DNA of 64,000 nt from Eledone cirrhosa (lineage: Eukaryota), in assembly GCA_964016885.1 (NCBI GenBank), contig OZ024747.1, positions 43,462,001-43,526,000 of the forward strand. The letters are read 5' to 3'. Below, piece after piece: positions 1 to 12,574 of the stretch. Numbering within the stretch: position 1 is the stretch's first letter; every line of letters starts with the position of its first letter. The notes under the pieces were generated by a model. It did not search any database. It had not been told where the DNA came from and was given only the letters and a program-made list of their open reading frames with translations. The translations under genes and the position numbers were made by a program.

Positions 1-189
1 TTCGGGGTTATTGCTCTTATCAAGATTGTGTATTTCTCTCTTTTCTGCTACATGCTGGAACTCTGGAAAATATATAGTATTCTCTAAAATATACATTGGC
101 AGATTAGCCTAATTTACATACTGAGTGATTTTACTGCTGGCTTTGATGTAAATTAAAAACACATACACATACATACGTATGTATATATG

Positions 190-1020
190 TATGTTCTTCT
201 GGTTATAATAATTTCACAAATTTTTTCCCAATAGAGAGAGAGAGTCGGTGTCTAACATAGACACAAGACTCTCTCATTGGAATTTACACATCAACTAGGT
301 AGATTATGTATGCATACCTGCATGTGTAGATATGGATGTTATTGTATGTGTGGATGTGGATGTTTTGAGTTGTATGTGTGCATGTGTATATGCTTTGTAT
401 CTGTACTTGTGTATATGCAGTTATTAGATGCAAAATGTTTGGAATGTTTTACGTATTTTTACTGTTCCAGTAAAAATACTTGTAATTTCGTAACTACTTG
501 TAATTGTACTTGTAATTTCCTAACTAGTTGCGTTCTTTCTGTTTCTGTTAAGCCTAGCTTCTCAAGATTTGTATTGAGGAAGTTACTAATATACCCCAGT
601 GTCCCAATAATCACAGGCATAAATCTGAAGGTGCAATCAGGGTGGAGTATCTGCAGATTTCTCATCAGTTCTGCATAAATATTCTCCTTTTTGCTAATCT
701 TTGAGATTATATTGGCATCTGCTGGGCAGCTAATTTCCACTACTGTGCATGTTTTCTTCACCCTGCCCCATATCATAAAATCTGGTCTGTTATGCCTGCA
801 TTTTATTGGGGTTTTTACTGGAACATTCCACCAGTACTCTTTCATATTATGTACGTGAATGTCTTCCACATTGCTGTAGCTTTTAATGTGTTTATTATCG
901 GGGCTATCCTTTTTATGGACTGCATTGTACAGTGTTTTGGCCACTACATCATGCCTCATAGGTAGATAGTACCGCGATGACTTCTTTGGACAGCTGCTTA
1001 TGACATGGCTGATATCCTCG
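190..1020 (-). mobile_element. 5'-truncated R4/Dong-type (restriction-like endonuclease) non-LTR retrotransposon: ORF C-terminus plus probable 3' UTR
   Basis: ORF 459..1061 (real part to ~1020) reads HVISSC..RHD..NRPD..VEISCP..PVIIGTLG, the CCHC/RHD/PD-(D/E)xK endonuclease signature. Both ends abut (CATA)n. Confidence 0.8.
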
Positions 1021-1049
1021 TATGTATGTATGTATGCATGTATGTGTGT

Positions 1050-1582
1050 ATGTTGGGTCACTCTTAAGTGCTACTGGTAACATGTAACCCAGTACAACCT
1101 GTCACATGGTCGGGTCGTCGGCGACTAAACCGGCAACCCACCAAGTTTACTTGGTGAGGAGGGTGATTTTGGACACCCTGTGGGACAAAAAAAACCTGAC
1201 AAAGGGTGAAAGAACTCATAAGAGTCAACGGTCATCCAAAAATATGTAAATATGTATATACACATGTACCGCGCAGTTAAACCACTGGGAGTGATGGACC
1301 CCTAGCCTTTGTCAGGGCATTCTTCTAGGAGAAGGCAACTCAGGAAACTGGGATAACTCCGATATAAAACCTGTGGCTCAGTTGTTACCAATGATGTTGA
1401 TCTTTTCTTCTTTTCGGGTTATAGCTACTGTCGCTCAGAGAGTGGGATTGGCTCAGTGCACAGTCTTTCCTCACTTTAAAAAATATGTTCACGCACAGGC
1501 ATTGCATGATAGCATTAATTAATAATTATTAATAATGGTATATCGTGCATTGGCCATACTCGATAACGAGGGGGCAGCCATT
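1050..1582 (+). mobile_element. Non-autonomous RTE-derived element (5'UTR-like body plus 3' tip), diverged relative of the zinc-finger element
   Basis: 1297-1503 aligns by eye with the 9241/41560/55750 element (cctagcctttgtca..ctaggagaagg..aatgatgttga..agagtggga..cacaggcattgc). It ends ggccatactcgataacgag..gcagcca + (TATG)n. Confidence 0.65.
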
Positions 1583-2351
1583 ATGTATGAATGTATGTAA
1601 ATATATATAAACAAATTTTTTAAGGCCATTTTCCCTGCTAAACCAAAGATTTGTATCGAAGGCCTTGCAATAGGTTTCATACTTTTAAATGGTGTCCTAG
1701 AAGAAAGAGAAGATTATGGAGGATAGTAAAAGTTGCCATTAAGCAGTGTACATGTATAGTATGTAGAAAAATAGAGCTGATGATAAGGAAGTCAATATAA
1801 AAAGGTTATGGCTGAAAGAGTATTGTGAATAAACTGTTTTATGATATAGTCAAGAGGTTTGATTCAGTCAGATAGTTTATTATGAATGAAAACACTAATT
1901 CAAACAACACTCATTGATTCCGAGATGCTTTTTAATTGATTTATTTTCTTCATCTGCCAGACAGATTTTAACATGGTCATTTCATGTTTGTATTGTGTCA
2001 ATGCCGCAATGCTGAGATCTACTTGTCCTGCAGATATAAACTGCACGACGATGGGATCAACCATATTGACTTGTTCTCAACACATTACATAAAGATGAAG
2101 TTTTAAAGTAATGAAGTAATAGAACCATCAACATGTTAGACATTATGCCTTCTGATATTTGCTCCAGCCCTAAAAACTGACTTTAAGTCAACTTCGCCTT
2201 TTACATTTTCAGGTTAACACAATATAGTAGCAGTAAAATAATAAAGTTGAGTTAATTGACTTATAACTGGTTGGTAACTCCCAAGTTTCTTCAAGCCAAT
2301 GACTACAGTTAAGAATTCCAAACGAAGCCTTTTAGAGCTGCTTGTGTTTAA

Positions 2352-2570
2352 CCCTTTAGCATTTACATTACTCTATATTTACTATTATATTTTCATGGTA
2401 AACACTTTATTTCACATAATTATCTCACATAATATCGAATCTATGAAATGTTGATATTATTTATTTTGAGAACAATACCTTAAGCAGTATGAGCAGCTGG
2501 TTATGACTGGTTTGAACAGAAGGAAGTGAGAGAATTCGGGCTGGATATGGCCGATTTAAATGCTAAAGGG
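2352..2570. mobile_element. piggyBac-type MITE
   Basis: TIRs ccctttagcattta / taaatgctaaaggg flanked by TTAA on both sides; homologous copies at 28937 and 62233. Confidence 0.85.
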
Positions 2571-3878
2571 TTAAGGGCAAATAAGAGTGATTATAAACCT
2601 CAACAGCCATATTATTGTGTCAGATGGGAGTCAATGGCAATTTTACAAGATGGAGTTTTATGCAGTGTCCTTACAACCCAATGGAATATAAGCATTACTA
2701 TAAAAATAACTGTTTCGTTAATGGACATTAGTGTAAGCTGTTGCCTAACAATGGAAATTCATTAGATTTCCATTCCCAGATAACATCATATTACTTTTTA
2801 AAACAGAAGTTAAGTCATGAGCTATTTCAGGGACAAGGAACTATGCAAGAAAAATATTCATTTTACCATTTAACAAATAAATATTTTAATGTGAACCACA
2901 TATATATATATATACGTGTGTGTATATATATATTTATATATATAAATATATATACATATGTGTGTATATATATTATATATATAGAGAGAGAAAGGGAAAT
3001 GGAAAGAGAGAGAGAAAGAGAGAATTATATATATATAAATATATTTTTATCTGTAATTAATTCATTTATATATTTTTTGGTTTCCTGTAAAAAAAAACAA
3101 AAAAAACAAAAAAAAACAAAAAAAAAAACAATAGTAACAAATAAAATAAAAAATGAAATTTTCAAAAGTTCAAATAAAATAAAAATCATTGATGTACAAT
3201 TTCAGGACAGGAAAATATTGGAGTCTGATATGAAATAATTTGCATTTTCAACAAAACAACAACAACAACAACAACTATAACAACAACAATAACAATAACA
3301 ACAACAACAACATAACAAAAACATAAAGAAAGGGTAAAATACAGACTAAAAACAAATTTTTTGTATTTTTGTCCCCCCCCCAATTCTATTGACCTATTCT
3401 ATTATCTCTATTATATGCTATTCTGATTTTATAATCAGGAATATATTTTTCCTGATATCACACATAATTCTTTATTAAGATTCAAATTCTGGGCAAAACA
3501 AAACAATCTACATATGTATGTACATACATATACATACATACATACGTACATATGTACATACATACGTACATATGTACATACATACAAACATACATACAAA
3601 CATACATACGTACATACATACGTACATACATACATACATATGTACACACACACACACACACACACATATCATATATATAAAATAAAAAGATATTTTTTTA
3701 ATTTTCATTCTTCCAATATGAAAAACATTAAAACAAATTTATTTCAAAGTAAGACAGTCTTTCATATTTAAATATTTCTTGATTGCTAATTGTGCTGGAG
3801 GAATTCTCTCTCTCTCTCTCTCTTACACATACTCTCTCTCTCTTTCACCCCCCCCCCTCTCTCTCTCTCTCTCTTTCA

Positions 3879-3931
<53 letters not shown>

Positions 3932-4285
3932 ACACACATCCTCTCTTTCACCCTCTCTCTCCCCCTCTCTCTCCACAATCATTTATTAAATGAATTTAGT
4001 TTCTTTGTATGACAAGGATTTTGATTCTATTATCAAACATCTAGAGTACCTCAATGGTAATAGTGTCTGTCCTAATCAGATAATAATAAATTTTAATTTT
4101 AACAATATGCCTAATTTTTCACCTCGCGTGTGTGTGGGGTTTTTTTTTGGGGGGGGGGGGGGGTACTACTTCTTTTCTGTTTTTATCTTTATTCTTATAT
4201 ATATGTTTTTGCCAATTCTCTCTTTCTCTTTTTTCTCTCCCTTTTTTATACTCTCTAGCTTTCTTTCTCTCCATCTCTTTCTCCC

Positions 4286-4339
<54 letters not shown>

Positions 4340-5278
4340 CACCAGTCTCTCTATATATCTATCTATTAATCTATCTACATTATCTATCTATCCATCTATG
4401 TCTATGTATCTATCTATCCACCCATCCATCTGTCTATCTATGCACACATCTATCTGTCTATCTATCCACACATCTATCTGTCTAGAAAATTATCTGTCTA
4501 TCTATCCACCCATCTATCTGTCTTACCCATACCAAACTAAATTTTTAATTACTTTATTGCTGAATAAACTATTGAAAATTGATAAAAATTTTTTAAAAAA
4601 ATTATTGAAAAATGAAAAACAGAAAGAAAGAAAAAAATCTTACAAAAAAATAACTACAATAAAAAACATTTATGTCCATTTGTTTACACCCAATATTAGA
4701 ACTGGCTGAAGAAGTTCTATAGAGTTGATAAAAGAACTTTATTTCATTTATCATTGATATTTGTATTTTTATATATATTTTTTCAAATAAAAAAAATGTT
4801 AAAAATAATTATTTAAAAAATTAAAAGTGATGGCATAAAAAAAAAATTTGTTGTTGTTTTTTTTTTGGTGGGGGAATTTTGCTTTATTTATTTTATTTTT
4901 TATTATTTATTTTTTAAAGAAAATTAGTTGTGTTTAAAACAATGCTTGAGGCGTGTATAATGGACAGAAACGACGACTGATGAATCTAGAAACAACATCA
5001 AAAGAACAGACAGAGGGAAAAAAAAACTCTTTAGAAATGAAATGACAAAATGTCTGCAAAGATAGAATAAAGTACACACACAGAGAAACACACAGAAACA
5101 CACAGAAACACACATATGTATGTATGTATATGTGTGTAGATATGTATATATATGTATATATGTATATAATGGGTGTATTTCTGATGGTTATTGGGAAATG
5201 ACCATAGTTAAAAAGGTACTCAATCCATTAGTAGAGTATCAGTATATTTATTTTATATAGAAATGACTTCTACAGGAA

Positions 5279-5347
5279 TAGAATTGTTTCATTCGTATGA
5301 AATCATCAGGACTTTCCTGATGATTTCATATGAATGGAACAGTTCTA
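5279..5347 (+). other. 33-bp hairpin (30 Watson-Crick + 3 G-U pairs, 3-nt loop)
   Basis: tagaattgtttcattcgtatgaaatcatcagga-ctt-tcctgatgatttcatatgaatggaacagttcta. Confidence 0.8.
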
Positions 5348-5349
5348 GC

Positions 5350-5930
5350 TTGGACTTGACTAGCTTCCAACATCGTTTTGCCAGACACTTAGCATTGACT
5401 TTACCAGGGAGGCTTAAGAAGGAGATCTCTCCATGATTGAAACGATCTTTCTAGTCTCCCTTTTTGAAAATTGGGATTATACTCCTAATTACCATTGCTT
5501 AGATGCCTTTCCAGGGATCCATGTCAACTGCCACATACAATTCAGCAAGAGAATACCTTCTCTATTTCAGGCTTTAAAGATCTTGGGCTAGATTTCATCT
5601 TCCCCAGCGGCCATGCCACATTTGAGCTCTTTAACTGTTCTTGTGACCTCTGAGAGATTAGTCACTGCTACCAGATGCACCTCATGTACATCCAAGGATA
5701 CTGTTCTGATTGTGTTTAGGAGATCAGCAAAGTACTCTCTCCACCTCGTGAGGATATGCACCTCTCTGAAGAGAGGAGAACCCATGATGCGTTCTTGATA
5801 GCAGGTATGGAGGAGCGCTTCTTATTACGAAGTCAGTGGATGGTCTGCCAGGACACTTTATTTGCTGATCTGAAGTTGGATTCCAGCTTATCCTCAAAGT
5901 TCTCACATGTCTTAAGTTTGGACGCCTTTA
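5350..5930 (-). mobile_element. Degenerate LINE fragment (pre-RT/RT region, probably RTE clade)
   Basis: ORF 5588..5785 RWREYFADLLN..ELKCGMAAGEDEI resembles the region preceding RT domain 0; broken by stops and frameshifts. Confidence 0.6.
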
Positions 5931-6037
5931 CTGTCTATATATTAGTATTAGTGTGTTTATCAAAGAAACCCATAAAACATATATACATATGTATATACGA
6001 TATTAATAAATGGAAACTATATTTATAAAACCATATT

Positions 6038-6102
6038 TATTTCATTATACATATTTCAGGGATACCAAATTAAATTATGGTATGCCTTCATCAGACAAAA
6101 TA
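6038..6102 (-). ncRNA. Type I hammerhead ribozyme motif within a short element (~5990-6245)
   Basis: Minus strand: tattttgt CTGATGA aggcatacca..tggtatccct GAAA tatgta TA atgaaata; homologue at 25013. Confidence 0.75.
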
Positions 6103-6248
6103 CAATATATAACAGTTTTACAAATAAGCTTTGACGTACCCTATTAAAATGCAACCATTGTTTTTGGAAGTCATCCGGATGACGAGTGCTTTATATCAGT
6201 TATAAAAATATTTACTTGTTGTATCCCAACAATTTTAAATAGAACTTT

Positions 6249-6284
<36 letters not shown>

Positions 6285-6323
6285 TGCATGTATACATAGA
6301 TATATATATATATGCATGTATAC

Positions 6324-6356
<33 letters not shown>

Positions 6357-6357
6357 C

Positions 6358-6857
6358 ATCATCATCATCATCATCATCAACGTTTAACGTCCGTGTTCCA
6401 CGCTTGCATGGGTTTGGACGGGGGTAGTCCCACTTGAGGCAAGAGTGATTGTCTTGCTCGCATAGGACTGTCTGGCAGGTTTTCTACAGTTGGATGCCCT
6501 TCCTAACACCAACCACATTTACAGTGTGGGTCTGGGAGGTTTTTACCGTGTTGCCTACACAGCCACATTACAGCGTGGACTGTGTGTTTTTTTGTCGTGA
6601 CACCTACACGATCTCATTTGTTTCGGCCTCGATGGCGCGGCACCAACATAACTTTACATAGAACGGGGTGGTGTGGATGGGGTGGGGGTGGGGGTGGTGG
6701 GACGGGGTGTATTTTGTTAGAGATGCCTACTGGCTGGAGTAGGTTTTACTATATATTTAGGTAAGGCGGGTCTTCTCTGTTACTGAGTACCGCCAAAGGT
6801 CTCGGTCCAGTGACATTGTCTTGGAGAGGTGTAAGTGTGTGATGTCGGAGTTTATCA
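6358..6857 (-). mobile_element. RTE LINE family A (subfamily A2) 3' end with (GAT)n tail
   Basis: Same 3' UTR and ORF end as 26833-27895 and 49085-50207. Confidence 0.85.
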
Positions 6858-7499
6858 TACATGCACATATATATATATATGTGCATGTATACTTATATAT
6901 ATATATCTTTTAAAATTGTACCAATCTCAAATGCAGGAATAACTGTAAAACAGCCAGCTATATATATATGCAAGCATGGAAAAATGGACGCTAAACAATG
7001 GTGATGATGATATATACCATATCTATTTTTTTCTTTTTAAATTTGAAAGCTAGAAGCATTTGTTTGACTTTAAAAAATAGTTAAATAAGTTGGGCATATA
7101 CACGCTTGAGATGGAAAAAATTGCACACCAACACCCATTTTGCCATGCTAACCATTACCTAAAGAGTCGCTGACAATTTTACTGTTAGATCTAACCTTAT
7201 TAATCAGACAGTACTTATGGAAACAAGCTATTTTTTCTGGCGGTTCATTCAATCATATCTTTGTTAACCAATCACAATGCATCATGTCTTTTGCCACAAA
7301 CTACTCACCAATCACAGCCCACTATATCCATGACCACAAAACTGTTAGTCAATCAACAACAACCAATCAGATGGGATGACAATGAAGAAACCATAAGTTA
7401 GAGCAATCTTCTGTGAAGACACTGCAATCATCACGTATGTATCTTTGTATGTATGTATATATGTATGTATGTTCTTCTGGATGTATATAAGGTATATAT

Positions 7500-9000
7500 A
7501 TCATCATCATCATCATCACCGTTTTACGTCCGTTCTTCCACGCTAGCATGGGTTAGACGGGTTGTCCTGTTGTGGGCAGTGTCTGGTCGGCTGACCATGC
7601 CTTGCTCATACAGGAACTGATCTGGCTTGATTTCTACAGCTGGATGCCCTTCCTAACACCAACCTCATTTACAGTGAGTGCTGGGTGCTTTTTCGTGGCG
7701 CCTACACGTCCACTTTACAGTGTGGGCTGGGTGCTTTTTTGCCGTGGCACCTCCACGACCACCTTGCGGTGGGGGGGGGGGGGGCATATTGTTTATATGC
7801 TTCAGCATGTACCCATGGGAGGTCGGGTACCCTGTATTACTGCGTGACGCCAGAAGTCACGGTCGTGTGTCATTGACTTTGAGAGGTGTAGTTGGGTAAG
7901 GTCGGCTTTTATCACCTCATCCCAAGTCATCTTGGGTCTCCCCACTCCGCGGTTTCCATCAACTTCTAGTGCTCTGCACCTTTTTATGCAGCTGTCAGCC
8001 TTCATACGCATCACATGTCCATACCAGCGTAACCGCCTCTCCTGCACGCAGCATTTGATTCCTCTTATGCTCAGTCTCTCTCTCAATTCATTTATGCTTT
8101 GTCGTTCACGTATATTACTGTTACACATCCATCGGAGCATGCAGGCTTCGTTTCTCTCTAATCTACGTAAGTCTTCCACCTTCAGCGCCCAGGTCTCACT
8201 ACCATGCAACATCGCTGTTCGGATACACGCATCATACAGTCTGCCTTTCATTCTGAGGGAGAAGCCTTTTGCAGCTAGCAGTGGTAGTAGTTCCCTAAAC
8301 TTCTTCCATCCCGTTCTTACCCTAGTTATTGTACTTTCTGAGCACCCACCTCCGTTGCTAATTCGGTCACCTAGGTAGCAGAAGCTGTCTACTGTTTCTA
8401 CAGGGCCCTCCCAGAGATTGGTGGTACTTGTTTCCTGTGGCTGTTTGCTTGCTGTTTCAGCACAGCTGCTGCATGTGAATCCTACATTCTTAATTAAGCT
8501 TCCTGAGATCCCGCTACATCTCTTGTGTACCCATTGTTTGCATTTGGGGCAAAGAATGGAGTTCCTACCTACACCTTTCCTACATACTGAGCAAGGCCAT
8601 TTCCCTGAGGGGATCTGGGTTCTGTTTTCTCGTCTACTTATAAGGACCTTAGTCTTTGTCATGTTGACTTTGAGGCCCTTTCTCTCTAGTCCCTGCTTCC
8701 AGGTTTGGAATTTATTTTCTAGTTCTACCATAGATTCAGCTATGAGTGCGAGGTCATCAGCATACAGGAGTTCCCATGGGCATCCGGTCTTAAACTCCTC
8801 CGTTATTGCCTGCAGGACTATGATGAACAGGAGAGGGCTAAGAACAGAGCCCTGGTGGACCCCAACCTGTACGCTAAATTCCTCGCTATACTCATTGCCA
8901 ATCCTAACTTTGCTGACTGCTCCCCTATACATGGCTTGTACCGCTTTCACAAGCCATTCATCTACTCCTAGTTTTCTAAGAGCCCACCAGATTACTGCAC
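7500..9000 (-). mobile_element. 5'-truncated RTE-clade LINE family A (A1): RT C-terminal half with Cys-rich insert, 3' UTR and (GAT)n tail
   Basis: Frame open 7802..9000: VHQGSVLSPLLF, LLYADD, KWPCSVCRKGVGRNSILCPKCKQWVHKRCSG, LRWYGHV, GRPKMTW. Confidence 0.92.
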
Positions 9001-9240
9001 GTGTATGTATGTATATATATGTATGTATGTATGTATATATGTATATATATATGGATGTATGTATGTATATATGTATGTATGTATATATGTATGTATGTTC
9101 TTCTGGATGTATATATGTATATATATATATGTATGTATGTATGTATATATGTGTATATATATGGATGTATGTATGTATATATGTATGTATATATGTGTAT
9201 ATATATGGATGTATGTATGTATATATGTATGTATGTTCTT

Positions 9241-9583
9241 CTGCAACCCTGATGGTATCCAATGATGTTGACTTGTTCTTCTTTTTGGTAAATATCATCT
9301 TGGTTAAGAGAGTGGGACTGGCTTTGTGCAGTGCCTTTGCTCACTATAAAAGCTTCACGGCACAGGCATTGCCTTATATCTGGAGATCTCTCTGCACTTG
9401 TCGTCACATGGTACCATGGGCCCAGCACTATGTGTCAATAATTGTCACAAGTGTAGTGTTTGTACCAGAGTTTTCAAGTCGCTGGCTGGACTGAAAAGTC
9501 ACACTCGTTCAGCGCATCGGTAGGGGTTCTCCTACATGGATATAAAGTAATGGCCGTACTCGAAAACGAGTTGGCAGCCACCA
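9241..9583 (+). mobile_element. Non-autonomous bipartite RTE-derived element carrying a C2H2 zinc-finger micro-ORF (copy 1, 5'-truncated)
   Basis: Near-identical to 41560-41970 and 55750-56151; 3' hairpin actcg-aaaa-cgagt followed by (TATG)n tail. Confidence 0.85.
9416..9523 (+). CDS. 35-aa micro-ORF with a single C2H2 zinc finger ([35 protein letters not shown]), LINE-derived
   Basis: Manual translation; C-x2-C-x3-F-x5-L-x2-H-x4-H; accATGg context. Translation is unproven. Confidence 0.45.
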   Translation: MGPALCVNNCHKCSVCTRVFKSLAGLKSHTRSAHR

Positions 9584-9603
9584 TGTATGTATGTATGTAT
9601 GTA

Positions 9604-9698
<95 letters not shown>

Positions 9699-9855
9699 CT
9701 CATGGCCGGGTCGTTGGCGACTAAACTGGCAACCCCACCAATGTTATATATATATATATATATATATGCATATGTATATGTGTATATATATATATTTGTG
9801 TGTGTATGTGTGTGTACATATTTTTTACATGCAGGCATAAAAATCCTGTCTGGTC

Positions 9856-10020
9856 GTGGCTGGTTGTGACTAGCTCTGGCTGGTTGTGGCTGGCTGTGGA
9901 TGGTTGTGGCTGGTTGTGGCTGGCTGTGGCTGGCTGTAACTGGCTGTGGCTGGTTGTGGCTGGCTGTGGCTGGTTGTAACTGGTTGTGATTGGCTGTGGC
10001 TTGGATGGCTGGGGTGGCTG
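9856..10020. repeat. Degenerate (TGGC/TGTGG) short tandem repeat
   Basis: Repeated tggctgtgg / tggttgtgg units. Confidence 0.85.
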
Positions 10021-10344
10021 GATATTGCAGGTTGTTCTTTAGAAGATTTTAATATTTCTAATATTTCTACTGAATGCATAATTTTCTCAAAATGAGATAA
10101 GTGTGACTTGGTACAAGGAGCCATCTCAAAAATAGAACAATCTTAGCCACAAAGAAAAAAATGAAAACAAAACAATGAATAAATAAAAATGAATGCAAAA
10201 ATAGAATTGTACTGTACAAAATAATAATAACTACAATATAAATAGTCATACAATAATAATAATAATAATAATGATAATAGTGTAAGATGGACATTAAACG
10301 AAGATGATGATGATGATGGTAATAATAATAATGATAATAATAAT

Positions 10345-10455
10345 AATTGTTTCTACTTTAGGCACAAGGCCAGTAATTACCCAGTGCATTACTGGTACTT
10401 TATTTTATCGACCCCGTAAGGATGAAAGGCAAAGTTAACCTCGGCGGGATTTGAA
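10345..10455 (-). mobile_element. tRNA-derived SINE family 1, 3' half
   Basis: Matches the SINE at 17458 (gcctttcatccttacggggtcgataaaataaagtaccag..tagaaacaattatt). Confidence 0.85.
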
Positions 10456-10904
10456 TAATAATAATAATGACAATGATGATGATGAGGAGCTTACTGATGA
10501 TAACAATGATGATAAGGTTGATGATGATGATGATGGTGATGATGAAGATAGTGATGATGTTGATGATGGTGACAATGATGAGCATGACGATGGTGATGGT
10601 GAAGATAGTGATGATGATGATGATGATGATGACGACAAAGATGGTGATGATGATGATAAGGAGAAAGAAAGGCAAAAGAATGATGATGAGGATGATGGTG
10701 ATGGCTATTATGATAATTGCAAAGTTGATGATGATAATAACAATGATGATAGAAAAAAATTCTATTTTGGAGACAAGAAAAGTGAGGGGGGGGGGGGTAG
10801 AGAAAGTGAAAGTGACTCTGAAAAGTGAAATAGAAGCCAATGAATGTCGAAAGAAGAGAATTTACAGAAGAATTTCTAACAGCCAATAAAATCACAGATA
10901 TTCA

Positions 10905-10975
<71 letters not shown>

Positions 10976-11144
10976 AATATATGCACCCTACAGCAGTCTT
11001 TCTTGGACATTCACACACACAAGCACACAAAAATATATCTACATTAAATGATGAAGAAAATAATGCTAACTATATATATGCAAGCAGGGAAAAACGGACG
11101 TAAAATGATGATGATGATGATATACATACATATATATATATACA

Positions 11145-11222
<78 letters not shown>

Positions 11223-11279
11223 AATATATATATATATCATCATCATTTTATGATAATGATGATATATATATATATATAT

Positions 11280-11321
<42 letters not shown>

Positions 11322-11909
11322 TATATGCACACAAGCACACAAAAATATATGTGCGTTAAATGATGATGAAAATAATGATGACAATATATATATATATATA
11401 TATATATACTTATATATGTATATGCCTAAAAATATAACGATTCTCAAATTAGAGACCTATCTCCAGAATGAATATACAATTGTATAAAAGTATAAAAGTG
11501 ATATTCCACCAGTTATCCCATGAGAAAACGATATTAGAAAGTACTCTATCATGTGGAGATATTATCAAATCCCCATATGTTACTGATGATTGCAAAGAAA
11601 GAAATTTAAAAAAAAAAGAGCAAGAATGTCATAAAGTAAATAAAGTAAAAGTATAAAAGTTGTATTATTCATTCTTCTTAAGATTTGATGGAGAATACGC
11701 AAGATGTTCATTGTTCTGAAATAGAGAAAACTGTCTTTTTATGAACTGCTGCACTTGACCAGATGTAGATTTAATAATTCTACAAAAGATGCAATGAGCT
11801 AACGATGGAGATTGTATGATGGTAATAGCAGCCAACTCTCTCTGAAATTCATGGTAGAACATACTGGACAGTGTGGTCCAATAATTCCAGATTGGTTTCT
11901 GAGGTGCCA

Positions 11910-12010
11910 TTGCTCATGGCTTAGTGGTTAGAGTGCCCAGCTTACACACGGTTGCGATTTTGATTCTTGGACCGGGCTTTGCATTAAATTCTTGAGCAAG
12001 ACACTTTACT
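11910..12010 (+). mobile_element. Degenerate CORE-like tRNA SINE head
   Basis: A-box-like tggcttagtggttagag, then ttcttgagcaagacacttta; similar to 56249. Confidence 0.6.
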
Positions 12011-12302
12011 AATAGGTCATTCCTATTCATGTTCATTTCTGACTGAAGGGGGTCTTTACCCTACCGTGACATATGCTGAGTTTAAGGGCATGTAAAATCT
12101 GGTGAGCCCATCTTTCTCCAGATTTGACTACAGCCAATTTAGTCCAGTGAGAAAGAAGGGCAAGGGAGAGAGAAACAGATGGAGAGGGGGATAGGGGAGA
12201 ATTGACCCAGTACTGGACTTTATCAATCACTGAAAGGATGAGAGACAAAATTGGCTTTGTGAGACTTATTTGTTTTGTTATACATGGCAATTAAAATCAA
12301 TA

Positions 12303-12480
12303 ATAGTTTCTGCTTTAGGCACAAGGCCAGCAATTACCCAGTGCATTACTGGTACTTTATTTTATCGACCCCGTAAGGATGAAAGGCAAAGTCAACCTCG
12401 GCGGGATTTGAACTCAGATCGTAAAGGGACGTAACTATGCTGGAAAGCATGGCGTCCGACCCTCTACCGATACTGCCAAT
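12303..12480 (-). mobile_element. tRNA-derived SINE family 1, near full length
   Basis: Reverse complement of the 17458 SINE including the B-box gagttcaaatccc. Confidence 0.9.
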
Positions 12481-12574
12481 AATGAACTATAAGGGTAAAT
12501 TGAATTATTCATTCTAATTAACTCTTAACATCCTGTCATAATTTAGTAGAAAATATCTGAAAACTGGTTTGTTC

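Noticed and set aside
1100-1190. HDV-like ribozyme in the RTE-type 5' region
   Set aside because: Several hairpins are present, but the nested double pseudoknot could not be assigned by eye.
4970-5005. CTGATGA..GAAA..TC hammerhead-like string
   Set aside because: No stem I or stem II pairing.
9001-9298. N-terminal extension of the 498-aa ORF 7802..9298
   Set aside because: Read-through of microsatellite and the antisense strand of an adjacent element; only 7802-9000 is LINE coding sequence.
10400-10895. Asp-, Met-, His- or Ile-rich ORFs
   Set aside because: Degenerate (GAT)n repeat.
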